From an uncultured Trueperaceae bacterium (GTDB lineage: Bacteria; Deinococcota; Deinococci; Deinococcales; Trueperaceae), in the NCBI GenBank assembly GCA_963799485.1, contig CAWCXJ010000008.1, positions 128,001 through 192,000 of the forward strand: a stretch of 64,000 nt of DNA, read 5' to 3'. Within the stretch, counting starts at the first letter, position 1, and every line of letters starts with the position of its first letter. A model generated the notes under the pieces. The model made no database searches. It worked only from the letters and a program-made list of their open reading frames with translations, and was not told where the DNA came from. The translations under genes and the position numbers were made by a program. Positions 48,744 through 58,304 of the stretch are shown one piece after another.

Positions 48744-50118
48744 AGCCTCGAGGATTCGCCAGAGACGGCAACCAGTTGACCAACCCTGGAAACAGCACCA
48801 AGAGCAGCAGCGCGACGAGTTGCAGCAAGATAAAGGGGATGATGCCCCGGTAAATGTGGTGCGACTTGATACTAGGCGGCGCGACCCCTTTGAGGTAAAA
48901 GAGGGCAAACCCGAAAGGCGGCGTTAAAAACGACGATTGCAGGTTCATCGCTACCAAAATACCAAACCAGGTCATCATGTCTTGCCCGAAATACTGCACC
49001 GCAATCGGCACCACAAACGGCACCACGATAAACGAGATTTCGATAAAGTCGATGAAAAACCCGAGCAGGAAGATCACCAGCATCGTAAAGAACAAAAAGC
49101 CCCACTGACCGCCGGGTAGGTTGAGCAAAAAGTTATCGACCACGCGGTCGCCGCCGAGCGCCGTAAACACCATGCTGAAGGCCGTCGCCCCGACCAGGAT
49201 GATAAACACCATGCTGGTCAGGATGACCGTCTGACGCATCGCTTCGACGAGGTTTTTGAGCGTGAGGCGGCGGTTTAACGCAGCAAGCAGCGCCGCGCCG
49301 AGTGCGCCCATCGCGCCGGCTTCGGTCGGGGTAGCGAAACCGAAAAAGATGCTGCCGAGCACGAGCAAGATAAGAAACAGCGGCGGCACGAGGCTTTTGA
49401 GTACTTTGAAAACGAGTGCGCCGCCGCGTAAGGTACGCGCTTCAGGCGGCAGCGCAGGCGCGTCTTGCGGGCGCGTGACGGCGACGAAAATCACCCACAG
49501 GATAAAGAGTCCGGAGAGCATCAAGCCCGGAATCAGCGCGCCCAAAAAGAGTTCGCCGACCGGAACACCGATCTGATCGCCTAAAATAACCAGCACGATA
49601 GACGGCGGAATAATCTGCCCGAGCGTTCCCGACGAGGCGATGACGCCCGTCGAGAGGGTTTTGCTGTAGTTGTACTTGAGCATCACCGGGAGCGCCAAGA
49701 CGCCGATGGTCACGACCGACGCCCCGACGACGCCGGTCGAGGCGGCGAGCAGTGCGCCGACCGCGACGACGGAAATAGCGAGCCCGCCGCGCAAGGAGCC
49801 GAACAGCGCCCCCATGGTCTCGAGCAGCTCTTCAGCCAGGCCGGACTTTTCCAACATCACCCCCATAAAGACGAAAAAGGGCACCGCGACCAGCGTGTAG
49901 TTGTCCATGATGTTGCCGTAAATCCGGTTCGGCAAGATGTTCAGCCGCGCCAATGGGAACACCGAATCCCAGGGCAGCGTCAGCCCCCATGAGGGTAACA
50001 GGTCGCTGGCGATGAGCGTAAATAAAACAGCCGTCCCACCCAGACTAAACGCGACCGGATAGCCGATTAAGAGGAGCAAAATTGCGACGCCGAACATCCA
50101 CAAGCTCAGGTATTCCAC
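48742..50118 (-). CDS. dctM: TRAP transporter large permease
   Basis: AVPFFVFMG, SGTLGQIIPPS, TPTEA, LTPPFG. Confidence 0.95.
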   Translation of the reverse strand: MEYLSLWMFGVAILLLLIGYPVAFSLGGTAVLFTLIASDLLPSWGLTLPWDSVFPLARLNILPNRIYGNIMDNYTLVAVPFFVFMGVMLEKSGLAEELLETMGALFGSLRGGLAISVVAVGALLAASTGVVGASVVTIGVLALPVMLKYNYSKTLSTGVIASSGTLGQIIPPSIVLVILGDQIGVPVGELFLGALIPGLMLSGLFILWVIFVAVTRPQDAPALPPEARTLRGGALVFKVLKSLVPPLFLILLVLGSIFFGFATPTEAGAMGALGAALLAALNRRLTLKNLVEAMRQTVILTSMVFIILVGATAFSMVFTALGGDRVVDNFLLNLPGGQWGFLFFTMLVIFLLGFFIDFIEISFIVVPFVVPIAVQYFGQDMMTWFGILVAMNLQSSFLTPPFGFALFYLKGVAPPSIKSHHIYRGIIPFILLQLVALLLLVLFPGLVNWLPSLANPRG

Positions 50119-50708
50119 TAGCGGCCCGCCTCGGTCGGCGTTTGGACGGTCTCGGCTGAGGTTTGAGGCGTCTCATTGCCGATCACGACCGGATACCCGC
50201 GTAGCAGTGCAATACGTTTAATCAGCTCGCTGACGCCCTGCAAGATGAGCAGCCCAAAAGCGATAAGAATCACCGTTTTAATCGGGTAAACGGGCAAGCC
50301 CCCGGCGTTGGTGTTGACCTCGCCCTGCTGCCACGAACGCCCGACGTAGCCCCAGCTCAGGTAGAGCGAGAGCGCACAAAAAGGAAACAAAAAAAACAGC
50401 GTCCCGAAGATGTCGATCCACGCCCTGACACGCGCGCTGGTGCTGGCGTAGATGATATCGACCCGGACATGACCGTCTTTGTTCAGCACATAGGCTGCGC
50501 CGAGTAAAAAGATGAGGTTAAAGAGCTGCGTCTGCAGCGCAATGTAGAGCGTGCCGCCGAGCGACACCCCGAGTGAGCGCCCGGCGTAACGCGTCACGAC
50601 GTTAAACGCGCCGATAAAGACCATCACCAGCGTCAGCCAAAACATCACCCGACCGACCACCGTGGTTACTGCGTCGATTCCCTTTGAGATACCCAGCCAA
50701 GCTTTCAC
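50118..50708 (-). CDS. dctQ: TRAP transporter small permease
   Basis: GAAY..GHVRVDI, four TMs. Confidence 0.9.
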   Translation of the reverse strand: MKAWLGISKGIDAVTTVVGRVMFWLTLVMVFIGAFNVVTRYAGRSLGVSLGGTLYIALQTQLFNLIFLLGAAYVLNKDGHVRVDIIYASTSARVRAWIDIFGTLFFLFPFCALSLYLSWGYVGRSWQQGEVNTNAGGLPVYPIKTVILIAFGLLILQGVSELIKRIALLRGYPVVIGNETPQTSAETVQTPTEAGR

Positions 50709-50854
50709 AGACCCGCCTCCACCTTTGGCAAATTGTTTTTGCAATAATCTGCACAAGTATAACTTGAGCGGTCGGTAGGCTCGAGCCTGGCTCCGCTGTA
50801 GGGGCGTCCGGTGTGGGTTCGGCTCGAGCGAAGCTGTGGTTTTTTGTGCCCGGA

Positions 50855-51118
50855 TCAGCCGGTAAACTCAAACGACCCGGCAAACGTCCACAGGCCGCCC
50901 GCGTAACGCCACAAACTCAGGCCGAGCGCGTCGCCCGCAAGCGGCTGCCATTCAGGAGCGAGAGCGCCGTAAAGAACCCCGACCTCGGCTTTGGGAACCT
51001 TGTTCTGAACCGTTACATGCGCTCTGTAATGCGGTCTGTAACCCTGTCGGTCTTGCGGCGTCAGTTGGTCTCGCCAGCGCTCTGCCAACTTTTTGAGGTC
51101 TGGCAGGTCGGGGCTCAC
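50855..51118 (-). pseudogene. C-terminal fragment of a 2'-5' RNA ligase (2H phosphoesterase) family protein
   Basis: LTPQDRQG..HVTVQNKV..LWRYAGG; only one HxT motif, N-terminal half absent. Confidence 0.65.
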
Positions 51119-51127
51119 GAGCCTTAA

Positions 51128-53413
51128 CTAATCAGCCGCCGCCGCAGGCTCGAGTTCCGCCGCTTCCGGTACGGGAACGTGCGCGGCGTCTAGGCGCAGC
51201 TCGAGCAGTGACAGCAAAAAGGCCAGCGTCGATTCGGCTCCCTGATTCTGGTTTACGCGGTCGGGGTGAAGGCCGTCGCGGCAACCGCCCGTGCGCGGGT
51301 CGTAAAGCGGTAAACCGAGGTCGTTTTCGCCTAAAAACCACTCGAACGCGCGGGTCGCTTCGTCCAGGTAGCGCGCCCTGCCCGTAACCCGGTACGCTGC
51401 CAGGCACGCCGAAACGTGTGCGTGCGCCTCGACGGGTTGCTGGTCGAACCTTGCCCGGACGCCGCCCTGTGGGTAAAAGCCGTTACTACCGATGAACGTC
51501 AGGTGGTCGCCGCAGGTTTGTTCCTGAATAAGCCACTCGAGCGCACAAAGCCCTATTTCAATCAAGTCGGGTCGGCCCAGGCTGTTGCCGGTGGCAATCA
51601 GGGCGTGTGGCAGTTTGGCGTTGCAGTAGCTTAAAACCGGCTCGAACCAGGGCCAATCCGGGGAGCTGTGGGTCTGGTAAAGTCCGGCGAGTTTGTCAGC
51701 TAGTACACGCTGCACGCTTCCCGCCGAACGGTCGCCGCCGAAACGCCCCAGGTAATCGTTTAGGCCGAGCAGCGTAAACGCCCACGCTCTGGGGCTGGTA
51801 AAGCTCAGCGTTTCAGGGAGTGCTGCCTCGAACAGGTAGCCCGCCAGCCCCCGCAGGTTTTCGTCTTGTGAACGCCCCAAAACCGTCCCGAGCGCCCAAA
51901 GCGCGCGCCCGTGGGCATCTTCGGAACCGACGTCTTCGAGCCAGCGGCGCTCGAAGGTTAGAAAGTTGCGAAAGCGCCCCCGTTCGGAATTAAACGCGTA
52001 GTTGAGAAACGCCAGGTAACGCGCCGAAAACCCCTTGGCTTCGGCCACGTTGCCGTAAGCCTCGAGCCTTACCCCCGCGATCAGCGCCCGCGCGTTGTCG
52101 TCGGTGGTGTAGCCCTCGTGGTAGTTGGGAACACTGTAAAGCGCGTGCTGCACGACGCCGGTGTCGTCGCTAAGGGCTCTGAGGTGCCGCAGCTCGAGCG
52201 GCGGAAACTCGGTCGGCCTGGCACCTAACGGTTTGGGCAGCGCGGCCCGCGCCGAGTTGGCGTGCGCGCGAGCCTGTCCGAACGCTCCTTCGTAACGTGC
52301 GGCGACGGCGCTCCAGGTCATCGCGCGCCCACGCAAATAGGCGCGTTTTCGCATGGCGTTGCGCCCGGCGGCGTCCCCGAGAACTTGCCGGACGTTTTCT
52401 GCCAGCGCCGCAGGGTCGGCAAATGGCGTCAAGACCCCGCAACCGTCGGCGAGCAGCTCTTCGGCGTACCAGTACGGCGTCGAGACGATGGCCTTACCTG
52501 CGCCGAGGGCGTAGGCGAGCGTACCCGAGGTAATCTGTTCACGGTTCGTGTAGGGCGTCAGGTAGATGTCGGCGGCGCTGATAAAGGTCAAAAGCTCGCC
52601 GAGTTCGACAAAGCGGTCGTAAAAGACGACGTTTTGTTCGACGCCCAAAGACCGGGCGAGGCGCTGGAGCGACAACCGGTAGCTTTCGCCTTCGGTACGC
52701 AGGAGGTGCGGGTGCGTCGCGCCGAGGATGATGTAGACGAGTTCCGGGTACCTAGCCGTAATCTCAGGAAGCGCGCGGATGGCGTGCTCGAGACCCTTGT
52801 TCGGCGAGAGTAGCCCGAAGGTCAGTAAAACCGTTTTACCCTCGACCCCGAAGGTGTCTTTGTAAAAGCTGGGGTCGGAAAACGGTACGTCGGGAATCCC
52901 GTGCGGAATCAGCTCGATCTGTTCGCGGGCTACGCCGTAAACCGTTTCTAGAAACCGCTGCCCGAGCGCGCTCATCACGACCAAACGCTCGGAATGCCTG
53001 ATGAGGCCGTCCATCACGGCGCGTTGGGCTTCGTTGGGATGCTGCAGAACCGTGTGCAGCGTCGTCACGACGGGCGCTTTAAGCTCACGTAAAAGGGCCA
53101 GCAAGTGACCTCCGGCAGGCCCGCCGAAGATACCGAACTCGTGTTGCACGCTTACCACATCGACGTTTTGCAAGTTCAAAAAGTCGGCGGTGCGAGCGTA
53201 GTCGGCGAGGTCGGTTTGCGCCAGCTCGAAACGCACCTGTTCAGGGTAGCTGTAGCCCTCGGCGGTGTCGTTCATGGCGACGGCAAAAACCGCACCGTCC
53301 GGGTCGCGAGCCGAGAGCGCGTTGACGAGGTCGGCGGTGAACGTGGCAATACCGCACCGCCGTGGTGGAAAGTTACCGATGACAGCAACCTTACCGGGTT
53401 GGCTATAGTTCAT
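51128..53413 (-). CDS. GT4 glycosyltransferase fused to a C-terminal helical (six-hairpin-like) domain
   Basis: PPRRCGIATF, QHEFGIFGG, NKGLE, QITSGTL; C-terminal DDNARAL, FDQQP, NQGAES. Confidence 0.9.
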   Translation of the reverse strand: MNYSQPGKVAVIGNFPPRRCGIATFTADLVNALSARDPDGAVFAVAMNDTAEGYSYPEQVRFELAQTDLADYARTADFLNLQNVDVVSVQHEFGIFGGPAGGHLLALLRELKAPVVTTLHTVLQHPNEAQRAVMDGLIRHSERLVVMSALGQRFLETVYGVAREQIELIPHGIPDVPFSDPSFYKDTFGVEGKTVLLTFGLLSPNKGLEHAIRALPEITARYPELVYIILGATHPHLLRTEGESYRLSLQRLARSLGVEQNVVFYDRFVELGELLTFISAADIYLTPYTNREQITSGTLAYALGAGKAIVSTPYWYAEELLADGCGVLTPFADPAALAENVRQVLGDAAGRNAMRKRAYLRGRAMTWSAVAARYEGAFGQARAHANSARAALPKPLGARPTEFPPLELRHLRALSDDTGVVQHALYSVPNYHEGYTTDDNARALIAGVRLEAYGNVAEAKGFSARYLAFLNYAFNSERGRFRNFLTFERRWLEDVGSEDAHGRALWALGTVLGRSQDENLRGLAGYLFEAALPETLSFTSPRAWAFTLLGLNDYLGRFGGDRSAGSVQRVLADKLAGLYQTHSSPDWPWFEPVLSYCNAKLPHALIATGNSLGRPDLIEIGLCALEWLIQEQTCGDHLTFIGSNGFYPQGGVRARFDQQPVEAHAHVSACLAAYRVTGRARYLDEATRAFEWFLGENDLGLPLYDPRTGGCRDGLHPDRVNQNQGAESTLAFLLSLLELRLDAAHVPVPEAAELEPAAAAD

Positions 53414-53617
53414 GATGTCCCCCTGGCCGTGCGCTGCAGCAGTTTGGTTTTCAAATCGAGTGGACGTGTCCCTAAACGGTCTAGCCTAGACGCTTCCCGC
53501 CGCAAGCGACTACCCCTACAAGTCTACAAAACTTCAACCTGAGAAATAAGTTACGCCGCTACGGTCGGCTACCCGGTACCTGTCCTGTCGAACTGTGCCC
53601 CGCTAACGCAGCTGCAG

Positions 53618-54574
53618 CTAAGGACCCGTCTCGTCGAGTTCGCTGGGCCAGCTGCCGCCGAGCGCGAGCCACGCAGCTACCATGTCGGCGGGAACTTGCG
53701 CGGTAAAGGTGATGGCTTCGTGGTCTCCGGGGTGCGGCAAGCTCAGGCGCAGGGCGTGCAGGGCTTGGCGGGAGATGAGGCTCGAGCCCTTGCCGTAAAG
53801 TTTATCGCCTAAAACCGGCGCGCCCAGATGCGCTAAATGAACCCGTATCTGGTGCGTCCGGCCCGTGTGCGGTTTGGCGCGAACAAGCAGGTGCTGTACA
53901 CCGTTGGGTTGCCTTGTACGAGCCAAAACGCGAAAATACGTCGAGGCGCTCCTCGGATTGCCGCCGCCGACGGTCATCTTGCGCCCGTGCTGGGGGTGCC
54001 GCCCGACGGGGCCGTCCATATAGAGATCATCGTCTAGGTTGCCGACCGCAATCGCGATGTATTCTTTTTCGGTCAGGCGCTTTTTGAACGCCGCCGAAAG
54101 TTCGCGGTGCGCCCCCAAGGTCTTGGCAATGACCATCACGCCCGAGGTGTCTTTATCCAGCCGGTGGACGATACCGGGGCGGTAGTCGCCTTCTTCGGGA
54201 TCGAACGATTTTTCTTTGGCGAGCGTCATCTTGGCGAGGAGCGCGTTCACGACCGTACCGCTCCTGACCGACGCGGTAGGGTGCGCGGTCATCCCGGGAG
54301 GTTTGTTGACCGCCGCGAGCTCGTCGTCTTCGTAAATCAGGTCGAGCGCCAGGTCTTCAGGTTCGACGCGCCCCGGTTTGGGTAGCGGGAGCTGCACCGA
54401 CACGAGTTCGGTGCCGGAAAGCTTCAAGGACGCTTTGGCGACCGGGCGACCGTCGAGCTGTACAAAACCGCCTACGACCAGCTCTTTGGCGTAGGTACGT
54501 GATAAACCGACCGCCACCGACACCGCGACGTCGAGGCGTTCGCCCGCCGGTGCCTCGAAAACCTTGATATCCAC
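53618..54574 (-). CDS. rluD: RluA/RluD-family pseudouridine synthase
   Basis: S4 domain, NKPPG, VHRLDKDTSG, TGRTHQIRVH, LHA. Confidence 0.9.
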   Translation of the reverse strand: MDIKVFEAPAGERLDVAVSVAVGLSRTYAKELVVGGFVQLDGRPVAKASLKLSGTELVSVQLPLPKPGRVEPEDLALDLIYEDDELAAVNKPPGMTAHPTASVRSGTVVNALLAKMTLAKEKSFDPEEGDYRPGIVHRLDKDTSGVMVIAKTLGAHRELSAAFKKRLTEKEYIAIAVGNLDDDLYMDGPVGRHPQHGRKMTVGGGNPRSASTYFRVLARTRQPNGVQHLLVRAKPHTGRTHQIRVHLAHLGAPVLGDKLYGKGSSLISRQALHALRLSLPHPGDHEAITFTAQVPADMVAAWLALGGSWPSELDETGP

Positions 54575-54715
54575 ACATCAGCTTACCGTAGCTTACCGCG
54601 CCTGCTCAGTGGTGCGCCGCAGCTGTAATCCGTCATAAGGGCGATTTATACTGGCTGCTATGTCCAGTTCAGGTTTGGCTTTGATAAGTTCGATTACTCT
54701 AGGGAATACACAGCG

Positions 54716-55747
54716 ATGAAAGCGGAAATCAAACCCATCGCCCTCGACGCAGCGGGCGGCGACGCCATGCCGCAAGCCGCTGTCGGCGGGGCCAAGGCTG
54801 CCGCTGCTGCCGGTATCCCGGTTGTTTTGGTCGGTGACGAGACCGTGCTCCGCGCTGAACTTGAAAAACAAGGAGCCGATTTGCCTGTCCATCACGCTTC
54901 GGATGTGATCCGCATGGAAGACCACGCCGCCGATGTGCGCCGCCGCAGGGACTCGTCGGTGATGCAGGCGGTGCGGCTCGTCAAAGAAGGTCACGCGTCG
55001 GCGTGCGTGTCGGTCGGGCATTCAGGCGCGACGATGGCGGCGGCGCTCTTTGTGTTGGGGCGGCTCAGGGGGCTCGAGCGCCCGGCCATTTTAGCCAACA
55101 TCCCGACCGACCGGGGTTTTACGGCGCTCTTAGACGCCGGGGCCAACGCCGACTGCCGCCCGGCGCATCTGCAGCAGTTTGCGGTGATGGGCAGCGTGTA
55201 CGCGCGGGCGTTTTACGGGCTCGAGTCCCCCAGCGTCGGCCTGATTTCTCTGGGCGAAGAACCCGAAAAAGGCAACGAACTGACCCGCGAGGCGCACGGG
55301 CTCCTCCGCAATACTCCCGGCGTCAACTTTTACGGCAACGTCGAAGGGCGCGACCTCTTGAAAGGCACGACCGATGTGGTGGTCGCCGACGGCTTTACCG
55401 GCAACGTGATGCTCAAGCTCGCCGAGGGGGAGGCGAAAGTCATCTTCGGCTGGGTACGTGAGGCACTTTCCGGTGGCGGACTCCTGACCAAACTCGGGGC
55501 GGCCTTGGTGCGTCCGGCGCTGCGCGGCATCGCAGCGCGGCTCGACCCGAGCGAGTACGGCGCGCAGCCCCTTCTGGGCGTGAACGGTTACGCCTTTATC
55601 GGTCACGGTTCGTCGGACGCTCGAGCGGTTGAAAACGCGCTCCGCACGGCGCAGCGCGCCGTGGACGCCGAACTCGTCGCCAAACTCGTTGCGGGGATGG
55701 CGGCGCTTACGTCTGAATCTGCACCGCTTCCTACTGCCAAGGTTTGA
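54716..55747 (+). CDS. plsX: phosphate acyltransferase PlsX
   Basis: IALDAAGGD, LDAGAN, GEEPEKG, DGFTGNV, GHGSS. Confidence 0.96.
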   Translation: MKAEIKPIALDAAGGDAMPQAAVGGAKAAAAAGIPVVLVGDETVLRAELEKQGADLPVHHASDVIRMEDHAADVRRRRDSSVMQAVRLVKEGHASACVSVGHSGATMAAALFVLGRLRGLERPAILANIPTDRGFTALLDAGANADCRPAHLQQFAVMGSVYARAFYGLESPSVGLISLGEEPEKGNELTREAHGLLRNTPGVNFYGNVEGRDLLKGTTDVVVADGFTGNVMLKLAEGEAKVIFGWVREALSGGGLLTKLGAALVRPALRGIAARLDPSEYGAQPLLGVNGYAFIGHGSSDARAVENALRTAQRAVDAELVAKLVAGMAALTSESAPLPTAKV

Positions 55748-57066
55748 ACGTGACCAATCTGCTTAGTCCGCTCGAGTCCGCGCAAAACGCTCAGACGGCA
55801 AGTGGTGGAGCCGCTACCACCGAAGTCCCGGAAATCCCCCTTTTAGACGGGCAGTGGATCGCCGAATTTGAAGACACGAGCTGGCTTGCTGAAATCGGCA
55901 GGGCGGCGCAGAATACCCCTTTCGACTTTTTCGGCGGTGTGTTTCTCGATGCGGCGTTGGGGTTTTTGCTCTTCGGGGTGTTGTGGTTTTTAGTCGAGCG
56001 CTGGGCGCAAGATACCAAAGCGGGAATTGCCCGGCGCGAACTCTGGGAAGACGAGCAAAAAAAGGGAGAACTCAAGCGTACCACCCTCTTGCGGCGCTAC
56101 TTCATCTCGTTTTCGGTCTTTTTCGGACTTGCCCTGACACTCGGACTTTTTTCGCTGCGCTACCGCGTCCCGGTACTTCAGTCTTTGGCCCTGAGCGTGC
56201 AGGGGTGGTTGCTAAACGGCGGCCTGAGCCGCATCATCGCGGTCGGCGTGGTCGGCCTGGTCGTCTACTTGCTGCTCCGCGTGGTACGCAAAACCGCGCG
56301 CGCGCTTACGCCGGTTTCCGGTCAGCGCTTTGAACGCCAGGTCGCCCGCGCCGCTACCATCCGCAACGTCATCGAATCGACGGCGCGGCTTGTGCTCATC
56401 ACCTTTCTCGTGTTGTTCGTCCTTGCCCAAATCGGCCTTAACGTCTCGACGCTCTTGGCCGGGGTCGGGATTTTGGGTCTGGCCATTTCGTTCGGCGCGC
56501 AGTCCTTGGTCAAGGACGTCATTACCGGGTTTTTTATCCTGGCTGAAGACCAGTTCGGCGTCGGCGATGTGGTGACGATTGCCGGGTTGTCCGGCGCGGT
56601 CGAAAGCCTGAACCTGCGGATTACCACCCTGCGCGCCCTCGACGGCTCGGTTCATGTGATTCCCAACGGACAGATCGACAAGGTAACGGTCGCCTCGAAA
56701 GAGTGGTCGCGGAGCATCGTCGATCTGGAGGTCTCGTACCGCGCCGACCTCGACGTTGCCCTCTCTGTTATCAGCGACGAGGCCGTAAAATTTGCCGCTG
56801 CGCTCGGCTGGAGCTGGCGGATTACCGCGCCGCCGGAGGTCACGGGCGTCGAGGCGTTCGGGCCGTCGGGTATTCTTATCCGCGTGATGTTCAAGACGCT
56901 GCCCAAAGAGCAGTGGGGTGTCGGACGCGAGTTCCGCCGCCGCATTAAACTCCGGCTCGACGCCGAAGGGATCGATATTCCTTTTCCGCATACGACGCTC
57001 TATTGGGGTGAGCAGCAAAATCCGGCGCTCGGCGGGCTGCCCGAAGCCGACGAAGATACGCGTTAG
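55744..57066 (+). CDS. MscS-family mechanosensitive channel
   Basis: GLAISFGAQSLVKDVITG, GDVV, IPNG, IPFP. Confidence 0.92.
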   Translation: MNVTNLLSPLESAQNAQTASGGAATTEVPEIPLLDGQWIAEFEDTSWLAEIGRAAQNTPFDFFGGVFLDAALGFLLFGVLWFLVERWAQDTKAGIARRELWEDEQKKGELKRTTLLRRYFISFSVFFGLALTLGLFSLRYRVPVLQSLALSVQGWLLNGGLSRIIAVGVVGLVVYLLLRVVRKTARALTPVSGQRFERQVARAATIRNVIESTARLVLITFLVLFVLAQIGLNVSTLLAGVGILGLAISFGAQSLVKDVITGFFILAEDQFGVGDVVTIAGLSGAVESLNLRITTLRALDGSVHVIPNGQIDKVTVASKEWSRSIVDLEVSYRADLDVALSVISDEAVKFAAALGWSWRITAPPEVTGVEAFGPSGILIRVMFKTLPKEQWGVGREFRRRIKLRLDAEGIDIPFPHTTLYWGEQQNPALGGLPEADEDTR

Positions 57067-58304
57067 GGCGTCGCTGCTTGTGGTGCCGACTGCGCCCAGG
57101 TGATAAAACTCGGGGCGGTCAGTTGTGACACGGTTATCGGGATCGGATCGGGCAAAGGGTCGCCCATGTCGTAAGCGCTGAGGTCGAAAAGGGCCACCTG
57201 CTGATTTGCAACGAAGTAGATGAAATTTCGCGTAGCTTGGATGACGGCGTTTACGGCAACGACGCGGGCGCTCTCCTGGTCGAAAGTGTCGCTTTCGGAA
57301 GGGGGCGGCACGTAGGTCACCACGCCCGCCCTGGGCACGCTGAGGACAAAGGTGGCTTCGGTACTGCGCGCGTCGTTGGGGATGACGCTGGCGTTGTCCC
57401 CGGCGGTATCTACGAGCGGGCCGACTTGCGCGGTGCCGCCGACGCCGAAGCCCAAAACGTTGCGGAGGCTGTTACGAAACAAAAACACGAGCCGCTCTTC
57501 GGTAGCGGCCCCGGCGCGCCCGAGGTCAACGGCGTCGTTTTGCCCCGCCGGAACCGGAACGGCGACGACCGGCACGCTGTCAACGATATCGTCCGGGCCG
57601 AACAGCTGACCGGGCTGGGGGAGGGTGGCCCGCTGCAGTTGCAAACTCCCGGCTTCGGGGGTGGCGTAGTAGAGCAGGTCTTGGACGACGTTTTGGCTTA
57701 GGTAAAGGCCGCCCCCGGACACCCCGCCAAGCCGCGCCAAGAGCCGTTCACCCTGCAAATCCAGAATGTCGATAAAAGGCGGCAGCGGCAGCCCGCAAAG
57801 GCTCGGTACGTTCAAGACGGCGGCGTAATCGCCCCCTTGCGTGACCTGAAGGCGGTTGGGGCAAAAGATGAGTGTCTGGTTTTGCAGCGAAGTCGGTACC
57901 GGTATAAAGTCGCTAATCGTCTGTACGTCGCCCTGCTGCGCGAAGGCTACCGGGTTTGCCGGGTCGATGCCCGTCAGCGAAAAGGTCGTCAGGTAGCCCG
58001 GCGCGCCGGTTACCCCGTTCGTCAGACTCCGCGACAATACGACGAGAGAACCCCGCGCGCGTTCGCGGTCTACCACGTCGTAGTCTACGCTGGGAGCCGG
58101 CAAAGGCCGGACGCTGGCGGGCAAAAAAGCCAGCCGCTCAAGGCTGAGTGTGAGATTATCCCGAATCAGCGCGACCCTGGGCCCGGCTGCGGTTTGGTAG
58201 CCGGTGACGAGCAAGACAGGGTCTGGGGACTCGAACGTGCCGGTGCAGGCGGTAAGTAGTAGGAGCGTAGCAATCCCCGTAAAGCCTAATTTTTTGAAAT
58301 TCAT
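57063..58304 (-). CDS. hypothetical beta-rich lipoprotein
   Basis: MNFKK..LTAC lipobox; coupled to lptD-like gene. Confidence 0.8.
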   Translation of the reverse strand: MNFKKLGFTGIATLLLLTACTGTFESPDPVLLVTGYQTAAGPRVALIRDNLTLSLERLAFLPASVRPLPAPSVDYDVVDRERARGSLVVLSRSLTNGVTGAPGYLTTFSLTGIDPANPVAFAQQGDVQTISDFIPVPTSLQNQTLIFCPNRLQVTQGGDYAAVLNVPSLCGLPLPPFIDILDLQGERLLARLGGVSGGGLYLSQNVVQDLLYYATPEAGSLQLQRATLPQPGQLFGPDDIVDSVPVVAVPVPAGQNDAVDLGRAGAATEERLVFLFRNSLRNVLGFGVGGTAQVGPLVDTAGDNASVIPNDARSTEATFVLSVPRAGVVTYVPPPSESDTFDQESARVVAVNAVIQATRNFIYFVANQQVALFDLSAYDMGDPLPDPIPITVSQLTAPSFITWAQSAPQAATP

